Shown: piece after piece, positions 1-14,162 of the stretch
Numbering within the stretch: the first letter of the stretch is position 1
How the letters are laid out: each line of letters starts with the position of its first letter
Assembly: GCA_964016885.1 (NCBI GenBank)
Contig: OZ024743.1
Coordinates: 195,672,001 to 195,736,000 of the forward strand
Length of the DNA: 64,000 nucleotides
Direction: 5' to 3'
From: Eledone cirrhosa
Taxonomy: Eukaryota
Made by a program: the position numbers and the translations under genes
The notes under the pieces: model-generated
What the model was told of the DNA's origin: nothing
The model's input: only the letters and a program-made list of their open reading frames with translations
The model's database searches: none

Positions 1-525
1 ATACCCATACCCACACACACATACACCCACATTCCGCCATATATGTATATATATGCACATGTTTGCACATACAGGCGCGTATAAGCTCGTGCACGCACAC
101 ACAGACACACACACGCACCCATGCCCATATAGACACCCCAGCACCCACCCACGTATATATATATGCATACATACATACGCATCTACTCACGCACACAGGC
201 ACATATACCCACACACATGTCCACACATAAAAACACGTGAATATAAACACAATATGATAATAAAATAAAATAAATAAATTAAGTTACAATATTTTAGGGT
301 ACATTAAAATATGTATGTAACTGCATAAATAGGTACTCGAAAAGAAGGGGTAAAATAAAGGAACGGGTAAAATAAAAAAAAATAAAATAAAATAAAACGT
401 TGGGGGGGGGTACAGGAGAAGGTGCGTGCGTCTATCCGATATACTACACACAGGTGTTATGAGATGCCAACTTGTGTCCGTGTATAGAACAGATAACAGT
501 AACAGAACAATGATAGAACAATAAT

Positions 526-713
526 TGTTTCTATTTTAGGCACAAGGCCAGCAATTAACCAGTGCATTACTGGTACTTTATTTTATCGACCCCGTAAGGA
601 TGAAAGGCAAAGTCGACCTCGGCGGGATTTGAACTCAGATCGTAAAGGGACGTAACTATGGTGGAAAGCATGGCGTCCGACCCTCTACCGATACTGCCAA
701 TCCACCGCCCTCT
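526..713 (-). mobile_element. tRNA-derived SINE, full length, with 16-bp TSD
   Basis: Reverse complement has an A-box-like TGGCAGTATCGGT, B box GAGTTCAAATCC and central GCCTTTCATCCTTACGGGGTCGATAAAATAAAGTACCAG (resembles the Meta-SINE domain, from memory). TSD ATGATAGAACAATAAT at 510-525 and 714-729. Confidence 0.9.
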
Positions 714-769
714 ATGATAGAACAATAATGATATTAATAATTACTGTTCCAAAGTGGAACAGGTGTAGA

Positions 770-1130
770 GTATATAGTGACGATTGACGGTGTACACATT
801 CAATGTGACGCCTGTCACGGTCGCCATGGGGCATGTCACCGTGGCTCGGGTGTGCTGTTCTATACGTTTATTTCACAGGACCGGGTGGCAGTGCGGCCCA
901 GTGTCAGCCGGTCAAGGCCCATGCGGTATATCTTCCAATGTTGTGTGCACGGACACCGTCATCATGGCATGGCGTCAGGTCCCCTAATCCCGCTAGGCCA
1001 ATCGGATCTGTGCGTACTCATTCCCATGCACCCTCCCTGCGTCACCCGGCGGTTTCCATGCCCCATGGAGATAGTCAGACTGAAGGATGACGCCGTCAAC
1101 CTGAAGTCTGAAATTATCATGACATGCTGA
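770..1130. other. GC-rich, self-complementary segment of unknown identity
   Basis: Nested complementary blocks: 785-794/1090-1099, 824-835/1057-1068 (CCATGGGGCATG/CATGCCCCATGG), 881-889/1041-1049. Confidence 0.45.
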
Positions 1131-1142
1131 CACCAGAGAAGA

Positions 1143-1779
<637 letters not shown>

Positions 1780-1785
1780 TATATA

Positions 1786-2078
<293 letters not shown>

Positions 2079-2549
2079 TAAGTTTCAAAGAGGCAGTACA
2101 ATGTGGTAGAAATATATAATGGGCGCGGGGTGAAAAATAAAATTAAACAAAGTAATATTTTACTTAGTACATTTTAATATGATATTTCAGTGCCGTCACC
2201 AATATGTAATGTTGCTATAAATTGTGTGGGTTTTCGAAGATATTTGAGAGTGTAAACGGAAACAGCTCAATATATTCTATGGACAGGAGTTTTGGTTACG
2301 TATCTGTCTGTGTATCTCTATAATTCACAATTGACCTATTATAATGGGAATTGTTTCTGTTTTAAATCTTCACATTCTAATTAACTCTATTTTCTGAACT
2401 TCATATTAGGATTGTTCATTTATTTCAGAGATATATGGTAGTCGTTTAAGATTGAGATATTAATTAATAGATATTATTGTATTAGGTTTCTTTGTTTAAC
2501 GGCAACATTCTAACATCTCCCAGTCTCTGTGTATCTTCATATCTTAAAT

Positions 2550-2850
2550 GTGTGTCATTTTGTGTTCTGTGAGACATATTTTAGCGTATACTTTCACAAT
2601 TTTTGTGGTATTCACATTTGACATCGACCGAGGAGCCAGAAAAGAATGTGATTGATTGTATTCTTATCGCGTACACACAACTCAAAGTTATTTTTTATAT
2701 TTGGTACTTTGAATTTTTTTATTCTTTCTGGCGTGAAAGATTGGGAATTTAGTGAAAACCGAAATCCTGCCATATCAGGCTTTATTCCTATGCTTCGCAA
2801 CTACCAATGATTTTGTTTTCTTTATGCACATACCATGTAAGTGCTCTTTG
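2550..2850 (-). pseudogene. Possible decayed LINE ORF2 C-terminal zinc-knuckle remnant
   Basis: Translation NNFELCVRDKNTINHILFW resembles a degenerate Cx2Cx7-8Hx4C LINE knuckle. Confidence 0.3.
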
Positions 2851-3779
2851 TTTTGCCTACCAAGGCATTTTGTAGTACTGTTTTTAGTTTAAACCTGCTA
2901 TATCGTGTTCACAGCTGTGTATTACCTGAAGCTAGGAATCATCTGTTTTATATTGTGTAGGTATATATGTATATTAGTTTCTCTTTAAGTTTATAATATA
3001 TGTGGAGTTCTAATTGCATTTGAATTCTACGTTCGAATATTTGTGAACCATGAACTCCTTTCTAATAAACATTTTAGCTCTAACTCTATCACTATTTCTC
3101 TTTTTATTTCTTTTCTTGTCTTACTATTTCCCTTAACTGATAATATCATAGGTATATTTTTTATCAGCTATATCTTACTTTTAGAAACTAGTTCAGGATT
3201 AAACGTATTAATCTAATATTCATATCTCTATCTAGATTTTCTGTTCATTCGGATATTTTAAAATACTTTTAATTCTTGTTTCTATGAATTTTGAGGTTTA
3301 TCACTGGTCGAATTCGTTTAAAGCTATTTCATATAATAACATTCTGGTTGAAAAGAGCGGTAGGTCAGAGGTGGTCATAAGTATTTGTTTCTGTTATCAA
3401 TAAATACGTAACTGACGATTATGGGAGAGAAGAGAAGAATTATTAATAAAAGTATCGACCATTTATTATATCGTTTATTACTTCTCGTCGTGAAACAGAA
3501 TGTGACCAGCCTGACCCTTTAAATTAGATGCGCAACTAAAAGGTAATAGTACAAACCACTTCTTGTGTATTACTTAGGGTACTTTCAAAGTAGTAGAAAA
3601 CACACCAAAGTAAAAACAATTTAACGAACCCAAAGCACAAATCTACGTTCAGTAGTGCAATGAAAGCATGCAATAGAAATTAAAACAACTGAAAAATAAA
3701 TTATAATATAAGCACAATAGCACATAATATATTTGGGAGAACTATATTAGAATAAATCAACCTCAATATATAACTGTTA

Positions 3780-3912
3780 CTTATTCTATTGACCTCAGAA
3801 GACTTTAAGACGAAAGTAGCCACGATGGAATTGAAACACAGAACGTAAACTATTGTAATTAAATACCGCAGAAGATATTGGTCATAGTTCTAATGATTCT
3901 GTCTATCCATTT
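3780..3912 (-). mobile_element. Old diverged SINE copy
   Basis: Degenerate match to the reverse complement of the SINE consensus (B-box and GTCGATA regions). Confidence 0.5.
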
Positions 3913-4465
3913 CCCCAATAATAGGGGGAAAAAAGAAAAAGAATTGATGAAAAAACAAATCGAAGGAAAAACGAAGAAAAGTTAACGTAGAAGTTGCAAA
4001 ATAGGAAAAGATATTGAAAACGATATTAATATTAATGACTATGCTGGGTAATGTATGACTTCTGATATGAAACTAACTGAAGTTGTTACAGGTGCAGAGA
4101 AAAATGGCGACCAATTATTAGTTCAAATAACAAAGAGAAGCTAATAACCAGCAGCTGTTATTTACCTCATTAAAGCATTTGCCACATGTTATTTTATACA
4201 TTATTGCATTTTAGCAATTGGATGTCGTATGGTGTTCACTTTCCTTGGATAGATAGACATTTCGATGGAAACAAAAATCGCTACTTGACGTTTACAAAAT
4301 TTGGCAATTATCACACGTCTTGTCTTGTATAGTATTACAAACGTAGCATTTCTCATCTCTTCTATGTTTGATATACAGAAAAATCTAAAGGAGAAATTCA
4401 GTAAAAAGTAAATAATTATCTATATATATCTCACTCTTTATTAAATCTCTCTCTCTCTCTCTCTG

Positions 4466-4579
<114 letters not shown>

Positions 4580-4770
4580 GGTGCGGATAAAAAGCTATAT
4601 AAGATTTATCTACTGTTTCTTCATAAGTATATTTTAAACTTAGAGCCTCGTTTAAATGATTTTTTGTGTGGTTGATTTATGTTGATTGGGAGAAGAAATA
4701 CTGTATATATTTTATCTAATGATTCTATGGAATTACTTTTTATATATATCTCTGATTATTAATTATTTAA

Positions 4771-4955
4771 GGGCGGTGGATTGGCAGTATCGGTAGAGGG
4801 TCGGACGCCATGCTTTCCACCATAGTTACGTCCCTTTACGATCTGAGTTAAAATCCCGCCGAGGTTGACTTTGCCTTTCATCCTTACGGGGTCGATAAAA
4901 TAAAGTACCAGTAATGCACTGGGTAATTGCTGGCCTTGTGCCTAAAGTAGAAACA
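4771..4955 (+). mobile_element. tRNA-derived SINE, full length, with 16-bp TSD
   Basis: Near-identical to the copy at 526-713. TSD ATTATTAATTATTTAA at 4755-4770 and 4956-4971. Confidence 0.92.
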
Positions 4956-5170
4956 ATTATTAATTATTTAATTAATTCGTCATTGAACCACACCGTGAAT
5001 GGTTGCCAAACACATATATATATATATTTCTATAGCCTTGTCTAGTTTATATGTATATACCCTTTAAATTATATATATATATACAGTATATACATATATG
5101 TATGTATTCAGAGACCGTTTATGATTTACATATATTCTATCAGTTATATATATATATATATATATATTTT

Positions 5171-5853
5171 AAAAAAACATGAGAAGAAAGAAGAATACTG
5201 CATGGTTGCACATGGGTTAAATATGATAAAAATAGTCCTTCGTCAGTGATTTGCCAACAGTCATTGATATTTTCATCGCATTAAAAATCAAATACCTCAG
5301 GTTGGTGCGAGCAATAACTAAAAAAAGCTATTGGGACAAGTAAATCGCGTAAAGCGAGTGAGACAAGTAAACAACATAGAAGGTTGAAAGCAACGCAAAG
5401 ATTGGAATAAACAAGCAACATGGTTATCCGGTCAGCATAAGCTGGGTGGATTTCATGAGCGACGAGATACAGACCATCCGGCGTGAGTGAGATGTGATCA
5501 AGAAGAGAACCCACTACTAGCCAAACGGGGGGGGGGGGGGGAGTGAGAAGTGGAGAAACAGAGAGTGAGTGAGTGGAAGTGCGAGGAAGAGCTCAGTCGA
5601 GAGAAAGTGTAATGACAGAGGGGGCGAAAGAAGGTGAGAGCAACAGAGAGAACGGGGAACCAGTAAGAGAGAAACAGACAAACGCAGCCGAGGTAAATAT
5701 ATATAAAAAACATGAGAAGAAAGAAGAATACTGCGTGGTTGCACATGGGTTACATATGATAAAAATAGTCCTTCGTCATATATATATATATATATATATA
5801 TATATTCTTCTTTCTTCTCATGTTTTTTATATATATTTACCTCGGCTGCGTTT
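5171..5853. mobile_element. Non-autonomous element with split direct and inverted repeats in (TA)n
   Basis: ~74-bp direct repeat at 5172-5245 and 5705-5778; ~50-bp inverted repeat at 5680-5730 and 5803-5853. Confidence 0.6.
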
Positions 5854-5904
5854 ATATATATATATGTTACTGATAGAATATATGTAAATCAAAAACTGTC
5901 TATG

Positions 5905-6090
5905 TATACATACATATATCCATACATAGGCACATACATATATACATACATTTATACATACATACATGCATACATACGTACATACATACGTACATACATA
6001 CGTACATACATACGTACATAAATACGTACATACATACATACGTACATACATACGTACATACATACGTACATACATACGTACATACATATG
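5905..6090. repeat. (ATAC)n with 12-nt higher-order unit TACATACATACG
   Basis: Direct reading. Confidence 0.9.
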
Positions 6091-9000
6091 TGCGTATGTG
6101 TGTCCGTGTGTCTATGTAATGTGTGTATGCATTATGTATGATATTCGTATATGTGTATGTATTTATTATGTGCGACTATGTGAGTGTGCGTGTGTCTGTG
6201 CGCGTATTTAAGGTGTGTCTATGTGTGTACATAGTTCTAGTCTCAAATACCGTAGCACCTGTCAAAATATATCTGAGGAAAAATGTCGAAGTAGCTGCTA
6301 AGGTATTAATGAACATCGTTTCAGTGACACCATGTTTTGCATATTAAGAGTGGTCAGTGGCAAATATATACAATACTGTGATTGCTGACTGCTATGTGTA
6401 AGCCAATACTAAATAATTAATCAGCTCAAAAGATTCATTTTAAATTTCACAGAAATAATATTTTGAATACATCCCATAAAAAACATTCACTGTGAATAAA
6501 AACTAAAACCTCTACATTTTCTGTCACCCTAATAAACCAATATTCTTGCGATCATAATTTATAGTATAGGAGTGCGTGAATTTTAATAGAGCCTAATTTA
6601 CTATAAATCATGTTTAGATTGTCTAGGAGGAAATAGGTATACTTATCATGCATAACCTAATCTGAAACTTCCGGCTGTACTCTGAAAGTACTTTCAATGG
6701 GTAGTATACAAGTATATACATAGTCCAGACAGGTCCATGTAGCGAAACACCAAGTATTTAGTTCTCGACTCTTGTATTGTGCTTTAGAGAAGTGAAACCC
6801 CTGCTCTATACATCCATTTGATCTCACATATTACATTGGTACTCATGGTCAATCAATGCGCCTGACTAGGCTGTCCAGTATGTGGCAGATAGGCAACACT
6901 ACACATATACTCTTCAAGAGATTAAAAGTATGAAAATAATTCATGTAAACGAAAACCTGGAGTTGTCGGTCTCGATACTTTTAAACCAGCTCTAGAACTC
7001 AAGGATGTTTGAAAATTGTTTGTGAACTCATTAATGGAATGCTGCACAAAACATTAACATAGCCTAATTGATATTTGTTTACATTGACATTCAAGCTTCA
7101 CATCAAATCATGTTAAAAACTATAATGATTCTATCTTTAAGCATAATCAGTAAAGAAAATGTTTCTTAAAATTACAATTACGTTCCTTAAGAACGTATAC
7201 AATTACCGTTTCGAACTACGTATATTACGTATTCAAATAGATAATAGATAATTTTATAAATATATTTATAATTATATAAAAACAAATTAGAATTATTTAA
7301 TTATAATTATATAGAGATATATTTATAATTGTATATAGAGATTTATATTTACTGATTCACACAATTCACACAATTGTATATAGAGATTTATATTCACTGA
7401 TAAGCTGGAAATAAAATCCTTTAAATTGTCTTCCTATTAGACATATATTAAGACCACTTCTCATATATGACACAATACAACAATAATCCTTCAAATCCTT
7501 TCTGATTGAAATATACTTCTACAAAGACACATATTGTTAGGAAATATATTGAAAGCAATCAAAATTATTGATTGCTTTCCGGAATATGTTATATGTAAAT
7601 TTTTTCTCATTGGTCAAATCGGCACCACACTTCCACATCTATAAGTAGAAGCTTGAAATTGTAAGCCAAAATCATATATACTATACACAACTAATTGCGG
7701 TGTCATTCATACTATCGAAATACATAGCAACGTTCAAAGTAAGAAAACAGATAAACCATACAAAATCATTTAAAAACTTTCTCCACTAACGTCATACATA
7801 TCAGCTGACGCCTCATAAGAGCATGGGCGTATAAGCACATACATGTATGAATGAATGCTTGTTCCCATTACGAGATTCGTTAGATGATATTCGATTTTCA
7901 ATTGCAGCCACTTCATTTCATTTATATGCTAATAATTCTAAGAAAAACATGGACGTCAAAACTTGCCATTTTTCTTCTGTCAATAACAGGCTTTACATTT
8001 ATATAAGAAACCAATATTAAAAATTGATATCAATAATTATATTATATATCAGGATTTTTTTCATATAGGTTTATGGCAGATGACTTCTATGCCTGTGAAG
8101 TAATGGAATCCAACTTCCATGCAACCTTATTTATTCTATCAGTCTATGAGAATTTGCTCTTTATGCAGCATCTTGTATAAGAAAATTCTGAAATAATTGA
8201 AATTATAAAGGAATTGCAGTAACGATGCCATGGAATTAATAAGTTAAAAAGAAGATAAGGAGATTTAACAAAGAATAGCTGAAGATAAAAAGGAAAAGAG
8301 AAGGTACGAATAAAATATTGAAATACAAAATGAAATATATATGGGAATTAATAAACAGAAAACAAAAGCTAAAGATTCTAAGAAGATTTTAATTAACAAA
8401 ACGTAAGCAGCTATGTCGTCAGAATGGAGACAATAGAATACTTTCCAATGGAAATTAAAGAAAAACACATTTATTCAATAGTCTCCTTTCTTCGTTTCAA
8501 AATATTTTATTTTATATTTTATTTTCCTGTTGATATTTCATTTTATTTTGTTTCACTTTTTCAAGGATAATTTGTGTATATATAATAAATGTTCACGTTA
8601 AATAACACCTCTACATGACTATGTGCTTGTACACACACTCAAATGTATATATGCTCTGCTGACATACACAAACATAACATACACATACACAGACGCACGT
8701 ATAATTTCAATTATAAAATTTGATTAATCTTCAATGAACATTAACGAATCCAGTTTGTTTCTATGAAGGTCATTCATTGTAACATATTGATTTCTATAAT
8801 TGGCAGAAGAGCAAATATTTTGTAGGTAGCATGTATTATGTACCCATAATTGATGATGGAGTCGTAGGAGCGAATAACAATGTATTATGGTCACTTTACA
8901 CCAAGCAAACACATCATATCCCTCTAGAAACAACCTATTTCTTCTAGAGAAGGAAAGAGATTAAAAGAGAGGCAGTGAGAAGGAACAATCAACCTTAGTA

Positions 9001-9178
9001 ATAGACAGGTATAAATATTATCGATCTCGAAAGGATGAAAAGGAAAGTTAACCATGGTGGGTGGGGTTTGGACAGAGAGTGCAGACAGTCTGAACGAATA
9101 AAACAAAAGCTTTCTATCTGACGTTCTAACGATACCAGCAATTTTTGAAAGATAATATAGTTGTTTCTAAGGTTTTAC

Positions 9179-9241
9179 TGCTTCTTCTTCTTCTTCTTCT
9201 TCTTCTTCTTCTTCTTCTTCTTCTACAACAACAACGACAAA

Positions 9242-9273
<32 letters not shown>

Positions 9274-9289
9274 AACTACTACTACTACA

Positions 9290-9334
<45 letters not shown>
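9179..9334. repeat. Compound (CTT)n(CAA)n(CTA)n microsatellite
   Basis: Direct reading. Confidence 0.95.
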
Positions 9335-10084
9335 GTTTACTACCAGGTTAGTATTGTACCATTCCATCCAAGTCTTGGCGATTATTTAATATTTATTAGA
9401 TCTACTCACCACAAGCAAAATAATAAAGCCTCTAGGATACGAGAGTTTACTGGGAAGGGAAAAGACAAGGAGAAGATAATTCATGGGGGATAGAGAACAC
9501 CATTGTTGTTGCTTTTGAATGTTTGCAAATTATATAATATCTAATGTATACTCTTTTTTCTAAAGCATTGGAATATGATTGGAGGGAGATATGGCAGCTT
9601 TTTCTAGTTGGTCGAATGATCACGCATGGATTCTCAGGTTGTAACATCATATACTGATATAACCTGAATTATCTTGATCATGTGACATAATGCAACTGAT
9701 AACCTCTACCAATATAGATGATTCTAAGCAGCAAAAGCAGCAGCATCACCAGCAGAACTAGTAGTAGCAGCAATACTATTTCCTTTAAACAATGTGAGAA
9801 AGTAGTGACTGTTGGTAAGCCGAAGGTGTGAGGCTCGCTAGTTGGAATGACTCTTCCAGCGCGTCTCCCTCACCATCCTCCGGGGAAATTCCTTCTCTAT
9901 TCTGTCCGCCGGGGCTGTGTGGCGGCCAGCGCGTGGGATCCCATTTTCACATATTAGTGAGAGTTGGGAGAGCGAGAGAGGCGGAAGCAGTGAATGAAGG
10001 AGGGAGTACACCAACTGATAGCCTGACTTTCAGCAATCATTGGTATATTCTCAATATTCGAATTCTGTTAAAAAGTAACGCACG

Positions 10085-10192
<108 letters not shown>

Positions 10193-11949
10193 CATATATA
10201 TATAAATACGAAGCTATTTCATTAGTCATATTCTAATAGTCCGTGTACTTAGTCACAGGTCTCCTGATGGGTGCCAGAAGTCCGTGCTAATATATGATAT
10301 GTCTTGCACATTTTCTGGAAGTGTTACATCCTTGAAACAATTCCATGAAATAATCCTTTCGTTGAAATTCCATGAAATTACGGTTGTCTCTTTAAGTCTT
10401 TTCTTTCAAACATTTCTTTCAAACAGATTTTATTAAAAAACAAATAAAAAAAACCAACAGACGCAATATGCAACAACTAACATTCACAATATTTATGTAG
10501 AAAAGTGTAGATTATTTCTCATAGCATCAAGTAAAAAACAGAAACACAATATTTTATTGTCAAGAAGATTTGGATTTTAGAGTCTTTGATAATCATTGTT
10601 GGTACTTAACTAACATAAATCCCTGTGTAATGCGGATAACCTGTAGGATTTGAACAGTGGATTGTAAATCCTTTAGTAGTAAGCTCTATATTCAAGTTCC
10701 GCTTTATGATACGTCGCCTCCTCATTCAGTAACTAATTACCAATCTACTTAATTAGACTGTATCAAGATTAGATTAATCCTTCTTTAAGGACTGCAATCG
10801 GTTTAGAATCTTCACGTGGAGACTATAAACGATGGAAGAGCATGTTTGAATTTCTGTTATATAACTAAATAATATTAGCTTGTAATACTTTTCAGCTGTT
10901 CCGTATAATTCAGCAATTTTCACTTTATAAAATATCGACACGAGTATCTGAGAAGACATCAAAACATACATAATGGCCATTCTAGCAGTTTTGAGAAATG
11001 GCATTGCTTAAGTTCATGACTTATTTCCCAATGACGTCTTAATCCATCTACAGATTTAAATGATTCCATCCAGATTCCGTGTCGTTCTCAGTATGATTCA
11101 CCTCCTTATACCACTGAATTAATGGAATTTGGTAATCCGGTCATTTATCAAATGGTACAAGAGCATATCTCAGATTATTACATTACACAGAATTCAACAG
11201 GCCTTTAAGCTCCCGATAATGATAATAATTACAGAAAAAGCATTAGTAGCTGCTGATTTTTCACGAATTGTTCCCAGGAAGTGCATACGCAAACACCAAT
11301 GTATTTTTATCCACTATGATTATAGCCATGCATACTCACTTATAAATAATACACTCAGAATTGTGTCATTGAAAGAAAAAGAAAAGATAAGTTCGAAAGT
11401 TAAATTAATTACTGACTGAGCTTCTATATCTGGAGTATTTTAAGAATTTAAGGTTCAGTTACTTTTAATATTATACTATATTGATTCTAATGGTGTTTGC
11501 GTTCTAACTTTCCTTAAAAGTATTTTTGAGCCTGTCGAGTTAGTTGTGGTGTTGGTAGTGTTGGTTATTTTGTTGATTCTATTGATGTTGGCAGTGATGA
11601 TGTTGGTGGTGGTGGTGATGGTGTTGCTTTGGGTGGAGAGGGTGGTGTCGTATTAGTAGTAGTCGTTTAATTGGTCGTAGTGATGGAGCTATTGATGGTG
11701 GTGGTGATAGGGGTGATGATGGTGGTAATAGTGATAGTGAATGGGATGCTGGTGACGTCGGTAGTGGTGGTGATGCTGCTTATTGAAAATCTGGCATTCA
11801 CGAATATTTTTTTAAAATTTTGACTTCAGCCTGCAGTAGTCAATCTGTTTTGATCTAATATTTTAGTATTCGGTTACTTATATTATAAGTAAAATATATA
11901 GTCTGGCCCAAAAGTCACTAGACCATTTTAAAATATAACTTTTTGACAC

Positions 11950-12160
11950 TTAATTACTCCTGAGAGGGTCATGGGGGCAGAGTCCTCAAACACATCTTCC
12001 AGCGGGTTCTGCCAGAAGCAACCGCCTCCAATTGATCCAAGCGTGACCAGCCAAATGGATGTTTTCCCACTATCTTGCTCGAGGTCTATCTCTCGACATC
12101 CTGTCGGTTGGTTTTTGCCCATAAAATCTGTCCAGTGCTTCAGTCCTGTGACATTCTAGG
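11950..12160 (-). mobile_element. 3' end fragment of an RTE-type LINE
   Basis: Similar to 16790-16917; minus-strand translation LEDVFEDSAPMTLSGVI resembles an RTE-type terminus. Confidence 0.5.
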
Positions 12161-12990
12161 CACATGTTCGTATGCAACTACTGAATCACCAGCGGTAAAC
12201 TAATATTGGAGATGTTCAATAGATGACATCTTTTGCTCCCAAGAAAACATACTTGACCATTTAAACTATACTTTGTTCTTTGTCTTTCCTTATATGATTT
12301 ATATCCGCAAAAACAATGCTGTTTCGTCCAAAGAACTCTTTGAATGTTAATGCAGCTACAACAATCTTTCTTTTTTGCAGGGATCTTTGTGGCTTATCTT
12401 GCAATGAGAGCCTGTTATTCTCGTTTAGCCCCCTATTTTCTCTCTCCTTATATACTGTTTCTTTGCATATGTCCTTTGACCTTTTGTTCGGGTAATATAT
12501 GCTGAAATATTTTCTTAATACTCAAAATCTTATATCGCCTACCCAAATTTCCAGTCGCTCTGCATTTTGTGTTGGGCGATAACTGTGCACTAGACTATAT
12601 TCCACAGAGTATTTAGTTATTTGTAATAAAATCATACTGTGATTAGGTCTAAATTATATTTTCTGCTTTCAATAGATTTTTTTACCAATAATATGCTGAG
12701 ATTGGTTCACTCGTTTTCACTACTGTTTCTTAAGTTAGAACAAAAACCAAATCAGTAATTACATAATAAGTCATCATTAATTTTATTATGAAAGTGATGA
12801 ATCATAATTTCACTCTTATTGAGCACAATGTATAATGGAAATGCTGGTTTGCTATTCACTGGAATAATTTGTTTATTCAATTTATCCAGAAAAGACCTTA
12901 ATAGCAGCTGTTGCATTATATTCAATATAGCAATTAGATGATAATTTGTATGTAACCTTCTTGACATTCCCATATGATCAATGTATAGAT

Positions 12991-13150
12991 GGGCGGCGAA
13001 TTCCCAGAGTCACTAGATCATCGAAATGAATGCGTTATTAGTTCCGGGTTTCAGCACTATGTGAGTTCAAAACCCACCAACAACAAATTTGCTTTTCAAC
13101 ATTCTGAGATGGATAGAAAAAAATCAATCCAGGACTAGGGTCAATTCTTC
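12991..13150 (+). mobile_element. Old diverged SINE copy
   Basis: GGGCGGCGAATT start, GAGTTCAAAACC B box and TTTGCTTTTCA block. Confidence 0.55.
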
Positions 13151-13989
13151 GCCTGTCTCTCTTTTAAATTTGCTTCTCTCTCTTTCTCTGGGAGAGATCC
13201 GCTCTGTTTAGACCTGAAAAAAATAGTCTCTGCAAGGTTTAGAAAATGCTCAAAACATGTTGTATATCACCACGCCGCCCCTACGACTCCACAAGTAGTT
13301 CCGGTTTCATACGTACATACATGGAACATTAGAATTTAACGTAGAAAGCAACTGCGTATGTTTTATATATCTTACTCTTTAACAGAATTTGTTTATTGAG
13401 AAATCTACCAATGGTTGAAGAAAGAATTTATTCTATTCAATGCAAATGTCAAAGAACAGCAGTAAATTGCTAGTGAGCTAAATTAAAATAGAAGTCTCGT
13501 TTTTCAACTGAGCCGTTACATCACTTCTACTTGTTTCCGCAATTTCAGGCTGAAATCAATATTATGAAGTGATATGGATTCCATTAGGTGAAGATGTTCT
13601 TGAAATAATGCTCGAAGGCGAAAGCAATAGTTGTTCGACAATTGCAGTTGACCAAAGGAGACGAATGAAAAAGTTGGTATATGAAAGTAAATTGTATAAA
13701 AAAAAAATATATTGTAAAGTGTGCAATCGAATGTATACGCACCGGCAGCGCTAATAACATTTATAATTACATATCAATGTGTTCTTAAATGTACTGATTA
13801 TCCAGTTGTCATTTAAATAGTTCTCTTTATTCATATATCCACATCATCAGGAAGCATTTTGATATGTTTACCTTGTGCTGCATGGATAATTTATCCATGT
13901 GCCTGTCTATATTTTGTTTATATAGACAATCATGTATTTCTACCCAGCAGAATATATCAAATTAGCTAAATAGTATTACAAGTAATGTT

Positions 13990-14162
13990 TGGAGGAAAGG
14001 GCAATTTTGAATAAATGAATCCCAAGATTATTTTACCAAACTCGGGAGTGTGAATGCAAAGTCCACATCGGCGGGATTTGAACCCAGAATATAAAGGGCC
14101 AGAATAAATACCACAATGGCATTTTATCCGGCTCTCTATCAATTTTCCCAACCCACCACCTT
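13990..14162 (-). mobile_element. Old diverged SINE copy
   Basis: GGCGGGATTTGAACCCAG (reverse-complement B box) and flanking similarity to the consensus. Confidence 0.6.

Noticed and set aside
526-713. tRNA gene calls for the A/B-box sequences
   Set aside because: They are heads of a multi-copy SINE with TSDs and tails, and no complete cloverleaf is visible.
5905-6090. CRISPR-like or coding periodicity in the 12-nt repeat
   Set aside because: It is a higher-order microsatellite with no unique spacers, in a eukaryotic context.
9820-10010. Small GC-rich island with a 125-aa ORF
   Set aside because: There is no recognisable domain, the ORF runs into (TA)n, and there is no second copy in the window; identity cannot be supported.
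11540-11780. GGT/GAT-rich stretch resembling a His/Thr/Pro-rich exon
   Set aside because: It is a degenerate trinucleotide repeat with stops and no splice support.
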